Shown: positions 49,735-64,000 of the stretch, piece after piece | How the letters are laid out: the number at the start of each line of letters is the position of its first letter | Position numbering within the stretch: the stretch's first letter is position 1 | Assembly (NCBI GenBank): GCA_965645245.1 | Contig: OZ287074.1 | Span: forward strand, 1,364,001-1,428,000 | DNA: 64,000 nt | From: Massalongia carnosa | Taxonomy: Eukaryota | Reading direction: 5' to 3' | Notes under the pieces: generated by a model | The model's input: only the letters and a program-made list of their open reading frames with translations | What the model was told of the DNA's origin: nothing | Database searches by the model: none | Program-made: the position numbers and the translations under genes

Positions 49735-51793
49735 CGGTGGACGGGCATAAATACGAGCACTTTTACCCTGCCTAATGGTAGATAGTCAATTGTTTCTTCT
49801 AGTCTCTTTGCATGTGCAAAACTCGTTTGTCGATCTAACTATATCAATTGCTCAGTCCTATCATTCCGTCTGTTACAGTCACAGTTCAAACAGGTTATGA
49901 GCTGATCAGCTAGACCGGATGATTGATTTGTTCCACCAAAACCCAATCCAGAAACGATTTCAATGAAGTTCACTTCAGAAAACACCGTTGAGGGCCGTGA
50001 CGGTCGGGCAATCGAGTCGCCCGATAATGCCGGAAATGGGCAACAGTCCCAGGTGTTGGATGACACCTACCAAAGGGTTTCCTGAAGGTAGACATAAAAT
50101 TTGCCAAACTGAGCCGGAATAGCTATCAGTCCTAGGCTAGAAACATGAGGATATCCCTAGACGCGAAGCTGTTATGGGGGTCAAGAAAGGAGCTGTTAGA
50201 GGAGACTGGGCCGGGAATTTGAATTGGTGCTGTGGAGACGTCTGTCTGCTTTTTTCTATTTCTGACCAACCAATCTAAAAGAGCCTCTAAAGCCTGCTTA
50301 GATGTCATCGATACGTTTGAACCCTGCGGCAGGGTGGTTTTTTGCAGGATAGGTGTAAACTAAATGGAGCCTGAACCATGACATTACCTCAAGGCTTGAG
50401 CGGGTATTCTGGCAAGCAGATTGAGGAAGGGTGATTTAGGGACTTTCTTCGTACCGTGAGCTGTGAAGGAGATTGGTGTTTGGAAGGGAGAAGCTTCTCC
50501 AGACGGAACGTGTGTTATCAATCTTGTATGCCGGGCGTGATCCAAATGATCTGAACCTTCGCGCCGAATGGATACAGCCGATGCTGGAGGCAAAATTTAT
50601 CCAGGAATTGGATATTGAAATCCGGGCCAAGTTCGATCTGGTTCCTAGGGAGCAGCTCTTCGCTCTCCAACAGGATCTGAACCAAAGTTTCAGGGGTTGA
50701 TGGTGATACCTTGGCTGGTTCCGAGGACGTTATTGATGGATTTTAGAGAATGGTTTTCTATCTAAGCGTACCATTCAATCCTTTTTCTACATGCAATGTC
50801 TGGCTCCGTCCCTGTATCCATACTGCTGCACTTAGACAATGTAAGTAAGTCATATTTCATGATTTCCTTGGGGCTGACAGTTGTCAAACAGTAATTATTG
50901 ACGGTTATTATGTATGACAACCATTAAATATGATTTTCTAACTCTGTTTTTTCCCATCATCTTTGATTTCTTCATCCCTCTTTTCTCTCATAGGTACACA
51001 CAAAGAATAGTTCCGAACTGTTTGGTTGCCTATACCAATCTAAAATCTGGTTTCCGAAGTCGTCCAGCATTAAAAGCATACAGAAAACACATATCAAATA
51101 TAGGGACAAGAAGATAGGATATGCGAGTGTTTGGAGATTCGAAACTTGGAAGTGTCTATGTAGGTTACTATGGGGTTCATGACAGAAACCACTCATGCTA
51201 CCCCAACTGCGACTCTTTACCCTCTTATATCTAGTATTAAAAGATCTCCCTCTTTTTTCCATCCATCACTTCTTGTACCTATTTCCACACCCCTATACCT
51301 ACCCACCTCCCTACCTCCCACCTTTCTACCTGTCTATCTTCTCCTCCTCATTTTCTAACTTCTTGATCATCATTTCGTCTTTGATACAGAAATGATGCGG
51401 ACAAGGATTGAAACGTAGAATGTCAACAGCCAAACCGCAAATAGAGATATGACAACGGAAAATTGGAGCTTGGAGAAGTACGAGAGTAAATGACTTGTCG
51501 TTGGTGCATGTAAAACATCAAACTCTGTGAAATCGTGCAGCTCATACTTTAAAGACAATAAATGGACTGAATCGTAAAATTCCAGACAGGGATTTTAGCT
51601 TCGAATGGGTCATGATTTCATTTTTGAAACAATATAGATCACATCTTATACTCGATACATTCATAACGAGGATTGAGAAAGAACCAATACAATAGCCATC
51701 ACACGTGAAGTTCAGCTTGAACGAGATCCATTTAAACCTGTCCTTCTATGAAACATCATGTGAACTAGAAATCAAGCAAGCAAAATAGCAAGC

Positions 51794-53922
51794 ATGGAAT
51801 CTATATCAAGGATATCATCCATTCTGGACACAGGTTGGCAGCCCATCCTACACTTAGCAATGAACTTTCAACCTGACGAGGCCCTCAAAAGCGCGAGATT
51901 TGACGTTGGAAGCCGCACAATTGGCAGCAACAGGTACGGCTCGAAGCTTCGCCGCCAGGTCGATAGCACGAGATCTGCCATTTACACAAATCAAAAAGCT
52001 GCTGGACAGTCGGAATGATCGTGAGATTCTAGATGGCCTGCGAAAGGTCATAAGTGTATGAGTTCCACACAAGACAAGCCCAATCCCACAAGACCAAACC
52101 TGATATGGCCTTCTTCAGATGATGTATCGGTCCAAGCCTTGTCTGCCGTTTTTCTCCTCCATTGTCAAGAACGTTGCAAGTCCTAGCATTGAGATCAAGA
52201 AACTAGTCTACATCTATCTAATCCACTACGCCGAGTCGGAGCCTGATCTAGCTCTCCTCTCCATTAACACGATCCAGAAATCCCTGACCGATCAGAATCC
52301 TCAAGCGCGTGCGTTGGCGCTGAGGGTCATGTCGGGGATCAGAGTGCCCGTCATCAGTCAAATTGTTTCTTTAGCCATCAAAAGGGGATGCGGAGACATG
52401 AGCCCTCATGTTCGCAAGGCAGCTGCGTTGGCGATTCCCAAATGCTACAGATTAGACCCAAATACCCTTCCACAGCTCATCGAATATTTATCGATTTTGC
52501 TTGGAGACAAGCAGTATTTTGTTGTGGGTTCTGCCGTCGCTGCGTATCTGGAGGTATGTCCTGAGCGGATAGATCTCATCCACAAGCATTACCGAGCGCT
52601 AGTCCGGAAACTGGTGGATATGGATGAGTGGGGACAGCTAGCTACGCTGAAACTAATGACCTTCTATTCGAGAAAGTGCTTTCCTAGAAGAACGAGAAAG
52701 CAAAGCAAGGGCAAACGCAAAGGCTTTTACGAGGAGGAGAATGGCAACGAGGACGACAGTTCCGGACAAGAAATCCAAGTGCTAGACCCGGACCTAGAGC
52801 TGCTTCTTAAAGCCTGCAAAAACATGCTGCAAAGCCGAAACTCGGCCGTCGTAGTGGCCGTTGCCCGTTGCTTTCTTTACCTGGGTAGTCCTGAGTACAT
52901 CGACTTTGCCGTCGGGCCCCTGGTGGCCTTGCTGCGAAGTCCACAAGATATACGGCAAATGATAATGTACAATATCGTTGCCGTGTGTCTCGTCCGGCCT
53001 CACCTATTCGTCAAGTACATTACGCATTTTCTCCTCCACGCCACCGACTCGGAAGACATCGCGCGACTGAAGTTTGAAATCCTGACGCTCCTGTTTCCGC
53101 ACTGCAAGCCTCACATGAAAGAGATGATCCTGTGCGAACTGGAGCACTTCACTCATGCCTCCAATGAAGTCTTGGTCCAGGAAAGCGTCCGCGCCATCGG
53201 CCGCTGCGCGCAAAACGACCATCAAGCGTCACAGCGCTGCCTCAGCCTCCTTTTGCGGCAAACATCCAGTCAGGATGGTCACCTCGTCGCTGAATCCCTG
53301 ACCGTCATCCGTCACCTCATTCAGCAAGACCCTCCAGCGCACACGCAGACCGTCATCCGTCTAGCCAAGAATCTCGACAAGACCTCCAACCCACACGCGC
53401 GTGCCAGCATCATCTGGCTCGTCGGCGAGTTTGCCGGCGTCGCGGACGAGAATAACATTGCGCCGGACGTGCTGCGCATCCTCGCCAAGTCCTTTGCCGA
53501 CGAGTCTGAGGCTGCGAAGCTTCAGATCGTCCTCCTCGCCGCAAAGGTCTACCTACATCACCTCAACCGCACGCAGCAGCAGCCTTCTCACGCGCTGGAT
53601 CAACCCCCCCCGGCCGNNNNNNNNNNNNNNNNNNNNNNNNNNNNNNNNNNNNNNNNNNNNNNNNNNNNNNNNNNNNNNNNNNNNNNNNNNNNNNNNNNNN
53701 NNNNNNNNNNNNNNNNNNNNNNNNNNNNNNNNNNNNNNNNNNNNNNNNNNNNNNNNNNNNNNNNNNNNNNNNNNNNNNNNNNNNNNNNNNNNNNNNNNNN
53801 NNNNNNNNNNNNNNNNGGGGGGTTATGGAGGAGGCGACGGAAGCTCCTCTGCGGAAGAGGTGGAGAGGGACGAACTGGGCGAAGCTCGCGAGGGGGAGAC
53901 GCAGAGGTTAGTCCGTTCCTGA
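51794..53922 (+). CDS. APL6: AP-3 adaptor complex beta subunit; C-terminal part interrupted by the assembly gap
   Basis: MESISRISS.L, KKLLDSRNDREILDGLRKVIS, IKKLVYIYL.HYAESEPDLALLSINTIQKSL, DMDEWGQ and ARASIIWLVGEF. The 3' end is tentative. Confidence 0.9.
53617..53816. other. Assembly gap (200 N)
   Basis: Run of N, flanked by C-rich and G-rich low-complexity sequence. Confidence 0.99.
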
Positions 53923-54049
53923 CTCGGATGGAGGTGGAGACCCTAATCAATCCGTATATATGTCGACTAATGTTCAGATAACCCTCATCTCAACTAACGT
54001 TTTCTTTCTTTCTAACATTTTTTTATTTTAAAAAAATACCTCTATCTAC

Positions 54050-54700
54050 CTATCCATCCATTTACCCATTTTCTCCATCTCCATCCCCTAGCTATTTTCT
54101 CCGAAGCCCTGCTCAATCCAAAATCCACCCCACCCCACCCCCAACTCGATTTGGTTCGGTTCGGTTCGGTTCGGTTCGGTTCACACCTGCATACCTACAT
54201 CCATCCATCCATCCATATAACCCATAGTTACAAGCATTCGTTGCTGTCTAGAGTTTTCCATCCCTCCCTACTACATATCTAGCGTTTTGGGTGTTCTTCT
54301 GTACGGCCACTGTATATATATATATATATAAATATATATATATTATATTCAAGGGGTTAAGAGTGTCAATTTTCATTTTCCTTTGGGGGTTTTTTCTTTC
54401 TTTCTTTTTGCTTTATGGGGTGGGGTGGGTAGGAGGGGTAGGGGGGTTTATGTAGGTAGGTAATTGAGGGATGGGGGAATGACAGATGAAAGAGTTTTGG
54501 GGGGAGGAGGGAGGAGTGGATGGATGTATAATATACCTAGTTAGACAGATGGATGGACGAACGGGAGGCGCACGTGGGGTTTAAGGGGGGGGAGGGGGTT
54601 TGATTTTTGGGAAATGAAATGGAAAGAAAAAAATACCAATGATTGGATTTATCTATTGCTGCCTACTTCTTCTCTCTTCTTTCTCGATAGTTACTGCGTT
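54050..54700. repeat. Low-complexity intergenic region with microsatellites (TTCGG)5, (CATC)n and (TA)n
   Basis: GGTTCGGTTCGG... at 54153-54182, and a TA run at about 54314-54341. Confidence 0.8.
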
Positions 54701-56066
54701 TCTCTCGCCCTCTCCCTTGTATTGTCTCCCGCCCACAAAACCTAGTCCTTTGTCCTTCTTGCTTTCTTTTGCCCCCCCTTGACATCCCGAGCCAGCATCT
54801 CCATTTTTCCTGTCAATCAGAATAGCAAAGTACCCGAAAAACAGAAACGAGCCTGACGAAGAAACAGCGAACAGAAAACCGAAAAATAGCCGCGCCCTCC
54901 AAACACCCGCGTAAAGTGGGAAAAAGGAGCCTCCACGAGGAAGGGAGTTTAGGATTTGGTGGACACGAGGTTTTTCGGCCCTTTGGGCTGTTCCAAACGT
55001 GTGGTAACGGTTTCTTTTGGAAAGGGTTTCGGTTGGTAGAGGTAGTTGTTAAGTTTGGTGGACTTAAACTTATCCATCGGTGCTGCTGTGATTGTGCTTG
55101 CGTTGTATTCCTCAAGATTGATTTTGGAGTGGGAGAGTTTTATCCCTTGCTTGCTGCTATCTTCTGGCGGGTATTTTGCGTGCAGGTTCCTACAAACAAG
55201 AGGAGAAAGGATTGCAATCATAAGAACCTCCATACATGGGAGTTAAAATGTTCATCAATCTGAATGATATTGAAGCACCAAAAGGGGTGTTTCGGAGAGT
55301 TGCAAGATTTTGCTTCACGACTCGGAAACGCACCCAGCCCTACTGGTTGGTGTAGGGAGCACAAACGCATCGCCATCACCGGGGCTTTGAAATGTAGTAA
55401 CGGAGGACATTTACAGAGTAGCGCAGTTTGGGTCATAAGTGAATGACACAGAGACCGAGATCTTAAGCCAGAAGTAATCATGGAAACAGAGGAAGACCTT
55501 GGATGCTCGACAGACGTGACCGATCAATCTGAACCTAAATTACAACTGGCCTTACCTTATGCTTGATATAGTCTACAGCTTACGATCGTCAATTCACACC
55601 AGATTGCCGCGCCAGCCTAAAGGCCACAACTCCGCGGGCCCACAAATCTTGTTCTTACCATTCTCAATCCAATAGCAGGAAAGGAAAGAATACTCGAGGA
55701 CGCAATTACGCAGTTCAAGAAAGGTAAAAGTTGGCAGGAAAATCTAGCAAAGAGCATACATATGCATAATAATCGCATGTAATTTGACAGTGACACTTTT
55801 GCCCTTATTTGAGAGTAGTAGCCTGAAGAATAATATGTAGACACTTTGGAAAGAAGATGCAAAAGGCTGGGCCAGGACTTGATATGTAGCCAGAGGTGCT
55901 GAGAAGACTTTTCGGCCGAACGGAAACCTCTCCAATACATATTTGAGATATGGAACAAAACGCTCTTGACACTCGCAAGGGTGGAATGCTATGAAAGCAA
56001 GTCTAGAGGCTGTAAAAAAGCCGAAAGCAAAAGGCTCTGAAAGTGCTGGAAACTGAAGAACAGCAC

Positions 56067-58375
56067 TTACCAGCGGCGGCTGGCCTACATGTTAGCAGAA
56101 TCTTGCTTGTTTGAAGAGGTCCTTTGGCTTACCTATAAGCCTCAGCAACCTTTGGTTGGCGTCTCTTGAGCTTGGGTGTTACGTCGTCAACTTGGCGTCT
56201 TGAGGGAGTTTCGTTTTCATCGGACGAGTCTCGACTATCATACTCTCTCTTACGACCGTTTGATGATCTCTCTGAACGTATCTTGGTGGGGGAAATAGCG
56301 TGCCCGTCCATTGGATGCCTACCATAACTATTTCCATACTCGAGATAAATATCTGTGGGGATAGGATTATCACCACGTTGAGGTCCAGTAGATACTGGAC
56401 TGTTGTTGGAACCGTCCATTGAAGAGGATTTCCGCAAAGGCGGAGGTGGCGGTGGCGGAGGTTCAAACTGTTTTGTATATGGCATCTCAGCTAAGCCAGC
56501 AGGATCACGCCCTGGAACTATATGCCCCGGCAAAGAAGCTTGCTTGAAACCATAGGATTCCGAGTGATTTGATGATTGTGTCGCCTCATAAGTATGACGA
56601 TCACTGCCAACGCCGAAGTTTGATTGGGAGTCTCCACAATGACTAATGGTCCGATCAGGCTTAAAATAGAACGTGAAAAAGACAAAGACTCACATATCAC
56701 TTCTCATAGGACTCCTACTTCGCGATCTAGAATAACGCTCAGGCGTGGATTGTCCTGCCTGTTCATATGATGGTGGAGGGTATGGTCTTGCAGGAGCTCG
56801 AACCGGTTTTGGCGCTCCAGTAACACCAAGAGCTGCAAGTAACTGTTCTGTATCTTTAGGTGGCTGAGAACGCTCTTTGGAAGCACTACGGCTCCGGCTG
56901 ATCCCATCAAGCTGCTTGCCTCGACCAGCATTCAGAGCATTTTCAAGACTATCCATAATATCCCATGTGTCACGCCCGTGGCTATGCCCGTTTAAGCCCG
57001 GAGTTACTTCTCGTTCTTCTGGTTCGGCTTCTGGCTCATGACTATTTTCTCCAAGATCGTGCGGACGGTATCTAGCCATTAGATCATGAACAGAAATTAT
57101 ATGGCTGTCATCAGATAGCTGGCAGAAAATCGGGTCTCTGCTAAAATCATCCCAATCACTCAAGTCTTTAATATTCTGAAAGAGTTTTATAGAGTTACCT
57201 CGCCCCCAATATTTGGACTGGCAGCGCCCTTCATCCTCTCGCAGAGGTGGTTCAATCGGCGAAATAGCGTCAGCGACGACAAAATTAGCTGGCAAAGGCC
57301 GCCCTATTAAGCGAATCAAAGAATGACCCGAGAGAATTGTCTCGTCAGCCAAGTTTTTGGAAGATGGCGGCATATCAGGTATATCAAGTGCGTATAACTC
57401 ATCCTCCTCAGACTCGGTAGCTAAATCAGCCATCTGCGGCTTAGGCGTTAACGAGTATGATTGCAATGCCTGATTAGGGGTATATGTTCGTGGATGCGTG
57501 ATTACAGAGTTTGCTTTGTTACTCTCTGCATACTGGTTAGACATATAGCCGTTGGTTGGAGGTGTCGGAGAGCTGGACGGCACGCCAGAAAACGCTGGCC
57601 CTTGGTTGTTGTGATTGTGAACATATTGATTCTGATGGGGATAAACGTTGGGATTATAGGGTGATGGGCCTCGTGGGAAAACCTGGTGGTTCGAGTGGCT
57701 ATTGCTATAGTATGAGCTTGGGGTCTGTATAGTTGGAGTAGGGTAAGAGTGCTGCTGATAAGAGCCACCGAACTGATGTTGATTTAACTGTTGATAAGGG
57801 TTTTGATGATGTTGATATTGCGGTGATTGTTGCCACTGGGCTTGAGATGGCGATTGAGCAGACATTGGAGTTGGTGGACCATAAGGACCTTGCGGAGCAG
57901 GGTAGCTGCTTTGATGGTACTGGCTCCCATTGTAAGCATGTGGAAGCCCACGAGGTTGTTGCACATGTGGCGGCACTGGGTATTTTGTAATGATTGGAGC
58001 ATTGGGTTTCTGTCGTTTTATAGGGCGTGAAAAGTTTTGGTGATTTATAAGACCCCTGACGTCTCATTTAGCTGGAGTAAGCAGTCCAAGTTGAGATTTG
58101 TGAGCATACGCTGGATGCTCGCGTCTTGGCTCGGGGCAGTCTTGTGCCCAGTGCTCCGCAGCGCCGCAGTTATAGCAAGAATTGGGACCTAATTGAGGTT
58201 GCTGTGGTGGAGGTATTGCTTGAGGATTTGGCATGTACGGTTGTTGGTAGGGTCCATTCTGCGGGGGGCCATACTGCTGCTGCTGAGGGTGCTCCTGGTG
58301 GGAGTACTGTTGCTGATACCCATTGTAGTTATGAGGTGGTAGAGCTTGGAACTGTTGTGGCCATTGGGCAGCCAT
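56067..58375 (-). CDS. Q/P-rich CCHC zinc-knuckle protein (uncharacterised fungal family), multi-exon
   Basis: CYNCGAAEHWAQDC knuckle, PLPANFVVADA and C-terminal RRQVDDVTPKLKRRQPKVAEAYSRRW*. Confidence 0.75.
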
Positions 58376-58712
58376 GTTAGACTATCCAAATAAATGGAGA
58401 TTGTTCATCAAGATAGAGAATTTCTATCGAGAAAGTTTGACCAAGTAACTAGTGACTTGAAGAAGTGGGACGGAGTAACAATCATCCGTGAAAAAAGATC
58501 GACTTGTCTGACAATGAGAATCCTTAGTCGACACTCACTACAAGCACGAAATAGACGAGGGACATGATAATGGAATCGGATATAAGACGGCCTTGAAACA
58601 TGAGGGTTGTCACTGGCCAAGCACAGTTGGCCACAGTATCCCGCCAGTGTGTAAAAAGGACCACTGCAGCTCTCGCTCTGCTATCACTATCCACACCCAT
58701 CACAGTTGAAAT

Positions 58713-59786
58713 ATGCCCGGCCTCCCAGGTATGTACAGTAGCACTCAACTGTAAAGGACTCGAGGAATAACTCTGTGCGATAGCCAGCGTAAACTTGGAC
58801 GAATGTATCGAGCGGCTTTACAAGAAAGAACTCCTGGCGGATTCGGTAATCGAAGCAATATGCGCCAAAACAAAAGAACTCCTCATGAAGGAAAGCAATG
58901 TGGTACATATTGCAGCTCCCGTCACAGTAGTTGGAGATATTCATGGGCAGTTTTTTGATATGATTGAGATATTCAAGATTGGGGGATTTTGTCCAGATAC
59001 GAATTACCTCTTTCTCGGTAGGAAAGTGATGCTCAAACCAGAGAACAGTAAGACTGACATACCCCAGGAGATTATGTGGACCGTGGCCTTTTCAGTGTGG
59101 AAACCATATCTTTGCTGGTCTGTCTTAAACTGAGATACCCTCATCGCGTGCACCTGATCCGGGGGAACCATGAATCGCGCGGCGTTACGCAGTCATACGG
59201 CTTCTATACCGAGTGTTCACGCAAATACGGGAATGCGAATGTCTGGCATTACTTCACCGATATGTTCGATTTCCTTACTCTCAGCGTGGTCATCAACAAC
59301 CAGATATTTTGCGTGCATGGCGGTCTCTCCCCTTCCATCCATTCCATCGACCAGATCAAGATTATCGATCGCTTCCGCGAGATTCCCCATGAAGGCCCCA
59401 TGGCGGACTTGGTGTGGTCAGATCCTGATCCTGAAAGAGACGAATTCTCCATTTCGCCTCGAGGTGCTGGCTACACTTTCGGGGCGCAGGTGGTCAAGAA
59501 GTTTCTTGAAGTCAACTCAATGAATCACATACTACGCGCACACCAGCTCTGCCAGGAAGGTTATCAGGTTTTGTACGATGACCGACTAAGCACAGTCTGG
59601 AGCGCTCCCAATTATTGCTATAGGTGTGGTAATATGGCGAGCGTGCTGGAAGTCAGCGACACTGGAGAACGATTCTTCAATGTCTTTGATGCAGCACCAG
59701 AAAATGAACTACACAGGGGCGATCAACAGCAGCAACCAAATCAGGGGCAAGATGGAAAAGGCGTTGTTGTGGAATATTTCCTTTGA
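58713..59786 (+). CDS. PPG1: PP2A-like Ser/Thr phosphatase catalytic subunit (Ppg1 type), 3 exons
   Basis: [29 protein letters not shown] and C-terminal YFL. N-terminus [14 protein letters not shown] and [17 protein letters not shown] point to the Ppg1 subtype. Confidence 0.85.
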
Positions 59787-59977
59787 GATACCAATGCATG
59801 TAGCATGGCGTCGGTTTGTTGGGTAGTTACGGAGCATGTACATGACATTTATTCGGCATCGTCCAACCCATCAGTGCTTTAGTGATAGTGGATCGAGGTA
59901 TTGTACCACGCATTCTCAACGCCAAGTGCTATAGATATTGCGCTTCCAAATTCCGACCTAACTGTGGCTCACGAATT

Positions 59978-60985
59978 TCATTTCCAGTCCTTGCTGATAT
60001 CAAACGACCACTCAAACTTCAAATGAGTGTGATGATCATCGTCTACAAATTTGGAGACTGCGTCGTAATGGCCCCTTACCATCATCCCTGAGGGTGCTTC
60101 ATCCTGTGCGACTATAGCATCCGTCAGCATGAAGTGCACACTAAACCATCATAGGTGCAACCCACATTTCTTCTCATATGTTGGCCTCTCTTCCGTGTTC
60201 GGTGGATACGAACCCTAGTGTACAGTACGATCAGCAGCCTCGTTCTTCCTAGGTCAGCCACCCAAGCCCTTAACTTACAATCATCTCCTCGTCCTTTCCA
60301 ACTCTAATCCCTTTCCTCTTTACCACTTGCAGATAAGTCAGGCCACTCAACACATCATGCTGCACCTTGAAGGTGGCCTTCATGCGGAACGTGGCACCTT
60401 CTTTGATGGTGAAGGGCTTTTGCTTCAGCTTCTCAAGTTCTCCGGGAGCGGTTAGATCAATGACTATGTCGGGGCGCCCTTCCACCTCCAAAGCTAGCGC
60501 GCAGATAATACAACGGCGGGTGTCGGACGGATCCACGGGCAGAGCAGGGGAGTTGCTGATGCCGAGAGAGGCTTTCCATCGATTAAGAGACTCGTCTTCT
60601 TGATCTGAGGAGGGATTAGAACTTGAGGTATTGGGATGTAGGGTTTTTGGAGCAGCGAGCAGAAAAGGCTGGTTCTTCTTGACCTGTCTTTCGGAAAGAT
60701 GGAAAGATTATATGCTAAAGACCCATGTGGTATTCTCTCAATACAGATAGCTAGAATTTAACGAAGCTTATAACGTTTATGCGAACTTTGGTAAGGATTG
60801 CTGTACTCTATACAATGTCTGACAGATATGGTAACACTTCAACTTGAATACACGGAGCAAAGCCATACAAAAGATGAAAAGTCCGTCTCACCAAGCTTCG
60901 CATATTCCTCAACTGTTTTCTTCTCACCCACTTTGAAACCATCGGTTTTCGAGGCCACAAGGTCTTCGTCTCCATGGCTAGCCAT
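59978..60985 (-). CDS. RDI1: Rho GDP-dissociation inhibitor, 4 exons
   Basis: GFKVGEKKTVEEY.KLDQEDESLNRWKASLG, FTIKEG, GSYPPNT, EAPSGM..RG.Y and FEWSFDISKDW. Confidence 0.94.
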
Positions 60986-61632
60986 GTTAAGAGGTTTCAG
61001 GAAGATATCTGAACGATGCACACTTTGAACTCGGCGCTCTGTACGGAAAGTGAGGTCAAAATACGGTGGTGGGGTTCCCGAATTCGCTTCAAGGCTTCGC
61101 CAATCTTCACGTTGGTAGAATTTTCGCTGAAGACGTCTTGCTCTACCTCCTCTCCTCCCCGAAGAGCATGAATGGGGGGATGATCAATTGACAACCTAAT
61201 CACCTACCAACATTGCTTCTAAATTACAGGTTACTCTGTACTGATTCAAAGAAACGCGAAGTCAAGAAGCAGGGCAGCAGTTCTGGCCCGATGCGGTGAA
61301 GTGACTTCATGGAATCGTTTTTACAGGCGCGACCGAAGAAATTGCGATCAGTTCCCCCAGCCCCTGCTTCCGGCCAATACCAATCGTTGCGCGATCCCCA
61401 ATTCATTATCCCGTCCCCCGTATTTCTAATCAACCACCGCAGCTCATCAAGCATATCTCCCCAAGCAATATTATCGAGTCAAAGCTTCGGCTTCAGTTTT
61501 TAGCCTTAGGCTTGTCAATAAATCCTGTCGCGACGCGTAGGAAAGAGTTGAGGACCTACTCTTTACGCGCTTATCGACCGGTACCTACACCTACGCAATC
61601 ACTCAAGGATACAATTCGCAAAGGTCATCGCA

Positions 61633-63099
61633 ATGTCACCTAAACAGTCTGAAAAGAGGCCGCTTCCTAGACGACACAATCCACTCCTTGCGCCTGATCA
61701 AACCCCCGAGCGTGAGTTTCACAAGGAGTGCTGTCTTCTGGCGCGAAATGCTCACTCGATGGTTCGCAGACACCGAATTGGCGAGGAAGCGCAGACTTGG
61801 ACAGACAAACCTAGCAGTCAAGCCTGCACAGGTTGGCACGTCAAATGCGACGAAGTTGGAGAATCTAGGCATGTTCGACTATGCGCATTTGAGGGCACCT
61901 CTTCCAGAGAATCTAAAAGGCTCAGAGATCTTCGCGCCCCAACAACATCTCTCGCACCCGGAAGCTTACTTTCTCATGGTGCGTGAAGAGATATACATTC
62001 GATGGCGCAAATGCGTGGCACTAATATCTTGATTTCAACTTAGAGGAGGAGCAGCGATGGGTTTGTGAGCGCAACGGGAATGTTCAAAGCTGCGTTTCCT
62101 TGGGCAAAACATAATGAGGAAACTGAGGAGCGCGACTACATCAAAAGCCTCGCAACTACAAGTCAAGATGAGGTTGCCGGCAACGTCTGGATTCCGGAAC
62201 AGCATGGTAGGCTGAAAGACAATTGTGTACGACATTACAAAAGTTAATGCAAATAATTAGCGCTCGAACTGGCTGAGGAATACGGCATATTGCCTTGGAT
62301 TGTGGCATTGCTGGATGATTCGCCAGTTGCAGAGATTAAGAATCCAGATGATCCTAAGAAATCGATTTCTCCGCCTCCGAAATTCACGTTCACAGCAAAT
62401 GACAACAAATCGCATCTCCCACCGCCAACCCCGGCACAACGCAGCGCGACTCCGCGGGCCAGAGGACGGCCTCGAGCAAGCTCCCCCACCAAGAATGGGA
62501 CATTACCAAGCAAAGCTGTGACTCCTCGTAAGCCAAGAACAACCAAAGCAACCAACGCTGCAAACGCGGCTTCAGCCCGCGAAGCCAACGCCTCTCTCCA
62601 AGCGTCCCTAGATAATGCAGCGTCTATAGCGGACTCGGAATCCGTGGACGGAGACAAGGTAACCGTAGAGGTCGAGTCGGCCATCGAGGTCAATGGAGAT
62701 GCGGAGACGACGACGACCAATGTCAAAATCGCCATGCCGGGCCATTCGGCGGAGCTCCCCCTTCCGGAGAATCCCGAGCAGATGATTCAAACGGCCAAGG
62801 AGATGGTTGAAGAAGCTCGAAGGCTAGAGGGAGAAACATCCGGTCGACCCCAATCGTCGAAACGCAAGGCGGACGTGCTGGATGACAGCGGAGATGAGGC
62901 GGCTACTGATGCCGACCTGCAGCCTGCAAAGAAAGCAAGGCTACTAGAGCTACAATTGAAAAAGGAAAAGGTGCGAAAGCGTGCCCTATTAGGAGTGGCG
63001 GCAACTTTAGCTATTGGGTAAGCACTGTCTGGCTATTTGCTCCCCTCAAACTTGAACGCTAACGCTGGGCTTAGGGCATTGATTCCATACGTACTATGA
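61633..63099 (+). CDS. APSES/KilA-N domain protein with a C-terminal TM anchor (Bqt4-like), multi-exon
   Basis: [44 protein letters not shown]...LAEEYGI.PWI.ALLD and tail [20 protein letters not shown]. Confidence 0.82.
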
Positions 63100-64000
63100 T
63101 GATGGCTGCAGGAGAAGAAGGCATGTTTTAGCGCAAAGGAATGACCGTTCTTTTGCTCCGCATCCGATTGGTCAGAGTCAGATAAGGGCTTGGAAGGGAT
63201 GGGAGCGCCCTCGCTTCCCCATGTAGTGCCAGCGTATACCAGTATTTCCCCCATTTCTTTCTGCTCTCTTTTTCAACCAAATCATATCACACCCTTTTGT
63301 CTACTTCCCATACTTGTGCCAGTCGAAAGTATTCCGCAAAAGGGGCGTTTTTGGTTTTGGGAGGGGAGGGCGACATGATGTTAGCTTTTTTTTTTTTTTT
63401 TGAAGGATTTCGTTCAGGGTGAGTAAAGGTAGGTACTCGTAGCTAGAAATAAATGGATGGATGGAAAGGGTGGTTGATGGGCTTTAATACATTTTACCGA
63501 CTACGGAGTACAGAGTTCCTGATCTTCAAAGATGCGAGCTACCAGTGTAGATACACATCACACATGTAGACGTTGGGGATTGCTCATTTAAGTCTTCCGC
63601 ATCGTGTGGCAGGCAGTTTGTTTTTTGTGTTAACATTACCTGTTACGGCTAGCGGGGACGATCAAAATGCCGCTTGTAAGCGCGTGATGGGAGAGCAATC
63701 CTGGCCGGAACACCTGTTTTACAACATAGTACGCACGCCATAGATTCAGCGCTGGGAAAAGTGTAATATACTTTAAAGTATTTGAAATCTCTACAGGAAA
63801 CTAGTTGTACACAAGAATCGTTAATTGTGTTGTGACAATTTTTGTCGTTTGCGTGCTTGCTCAGCTGAGGCTTGCACTGGTATTTACCTTTCGCATTGAA
63901 CGTGCAGCAAAATGTTGCAAAGCCTTTCTTGTTATGTCGAAAGAGAAATATTCTAAGCTTTCGATGCCACATCTCTTCAAAACGCATTGCCACATATTCT

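Noticed and set aside
50384..50700. Short protein-like ORF (…LLQTERVLSILYAGRDPND…)
   Set aside because: No ATG start, no recognisable family and no convincing exon structure.

Overview
This window is gene-dense filamentous-ascomycete (Pezizomycotina) DNA with short spliceosomal introns. It holds about 22 housekeeping genes: YUH1, PEX12, LEU5, a METTL4-like MT-A70 methyltransferase, ATP25, NMD3, ESF2, CEF1, a SUN-domain gene, a PMP3-family gene, GAL10, DDB1, ARG82, arb1, ZTA1, RPC37, CLP1, APL6, a CCHC zinc-knuckle gene, PPG1, RDI1 and a Bqt4-like APSES gene, plus one 200-N gap. The standout is a DNA-transposon family. A 6,006-bp element (16035-22040) carries a DUF6589/Academ-type transposase facing an intact RecQ-like helicase (AcademH-like architecture). 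Three ~682-bp non-autonomous derivatives are also present, one nested inside another. All four have TTGCC...GGCAA termini and 8-bp (possibly 9-bp) target-site duplications. Every end can fold into a multi-arm stem-loop whose arms differ in sequence but keep their pairing through compensatory changes and strand-specific G-T pairs, which suggests the ends are recognised as single-stranded structures. Also present: an intact DD34E Tc1-like element, an unannotated small spliced gene just downstream of the large insertion, and three GC-AG first introns. All calls come from reading motifs by eye; no searches were run.
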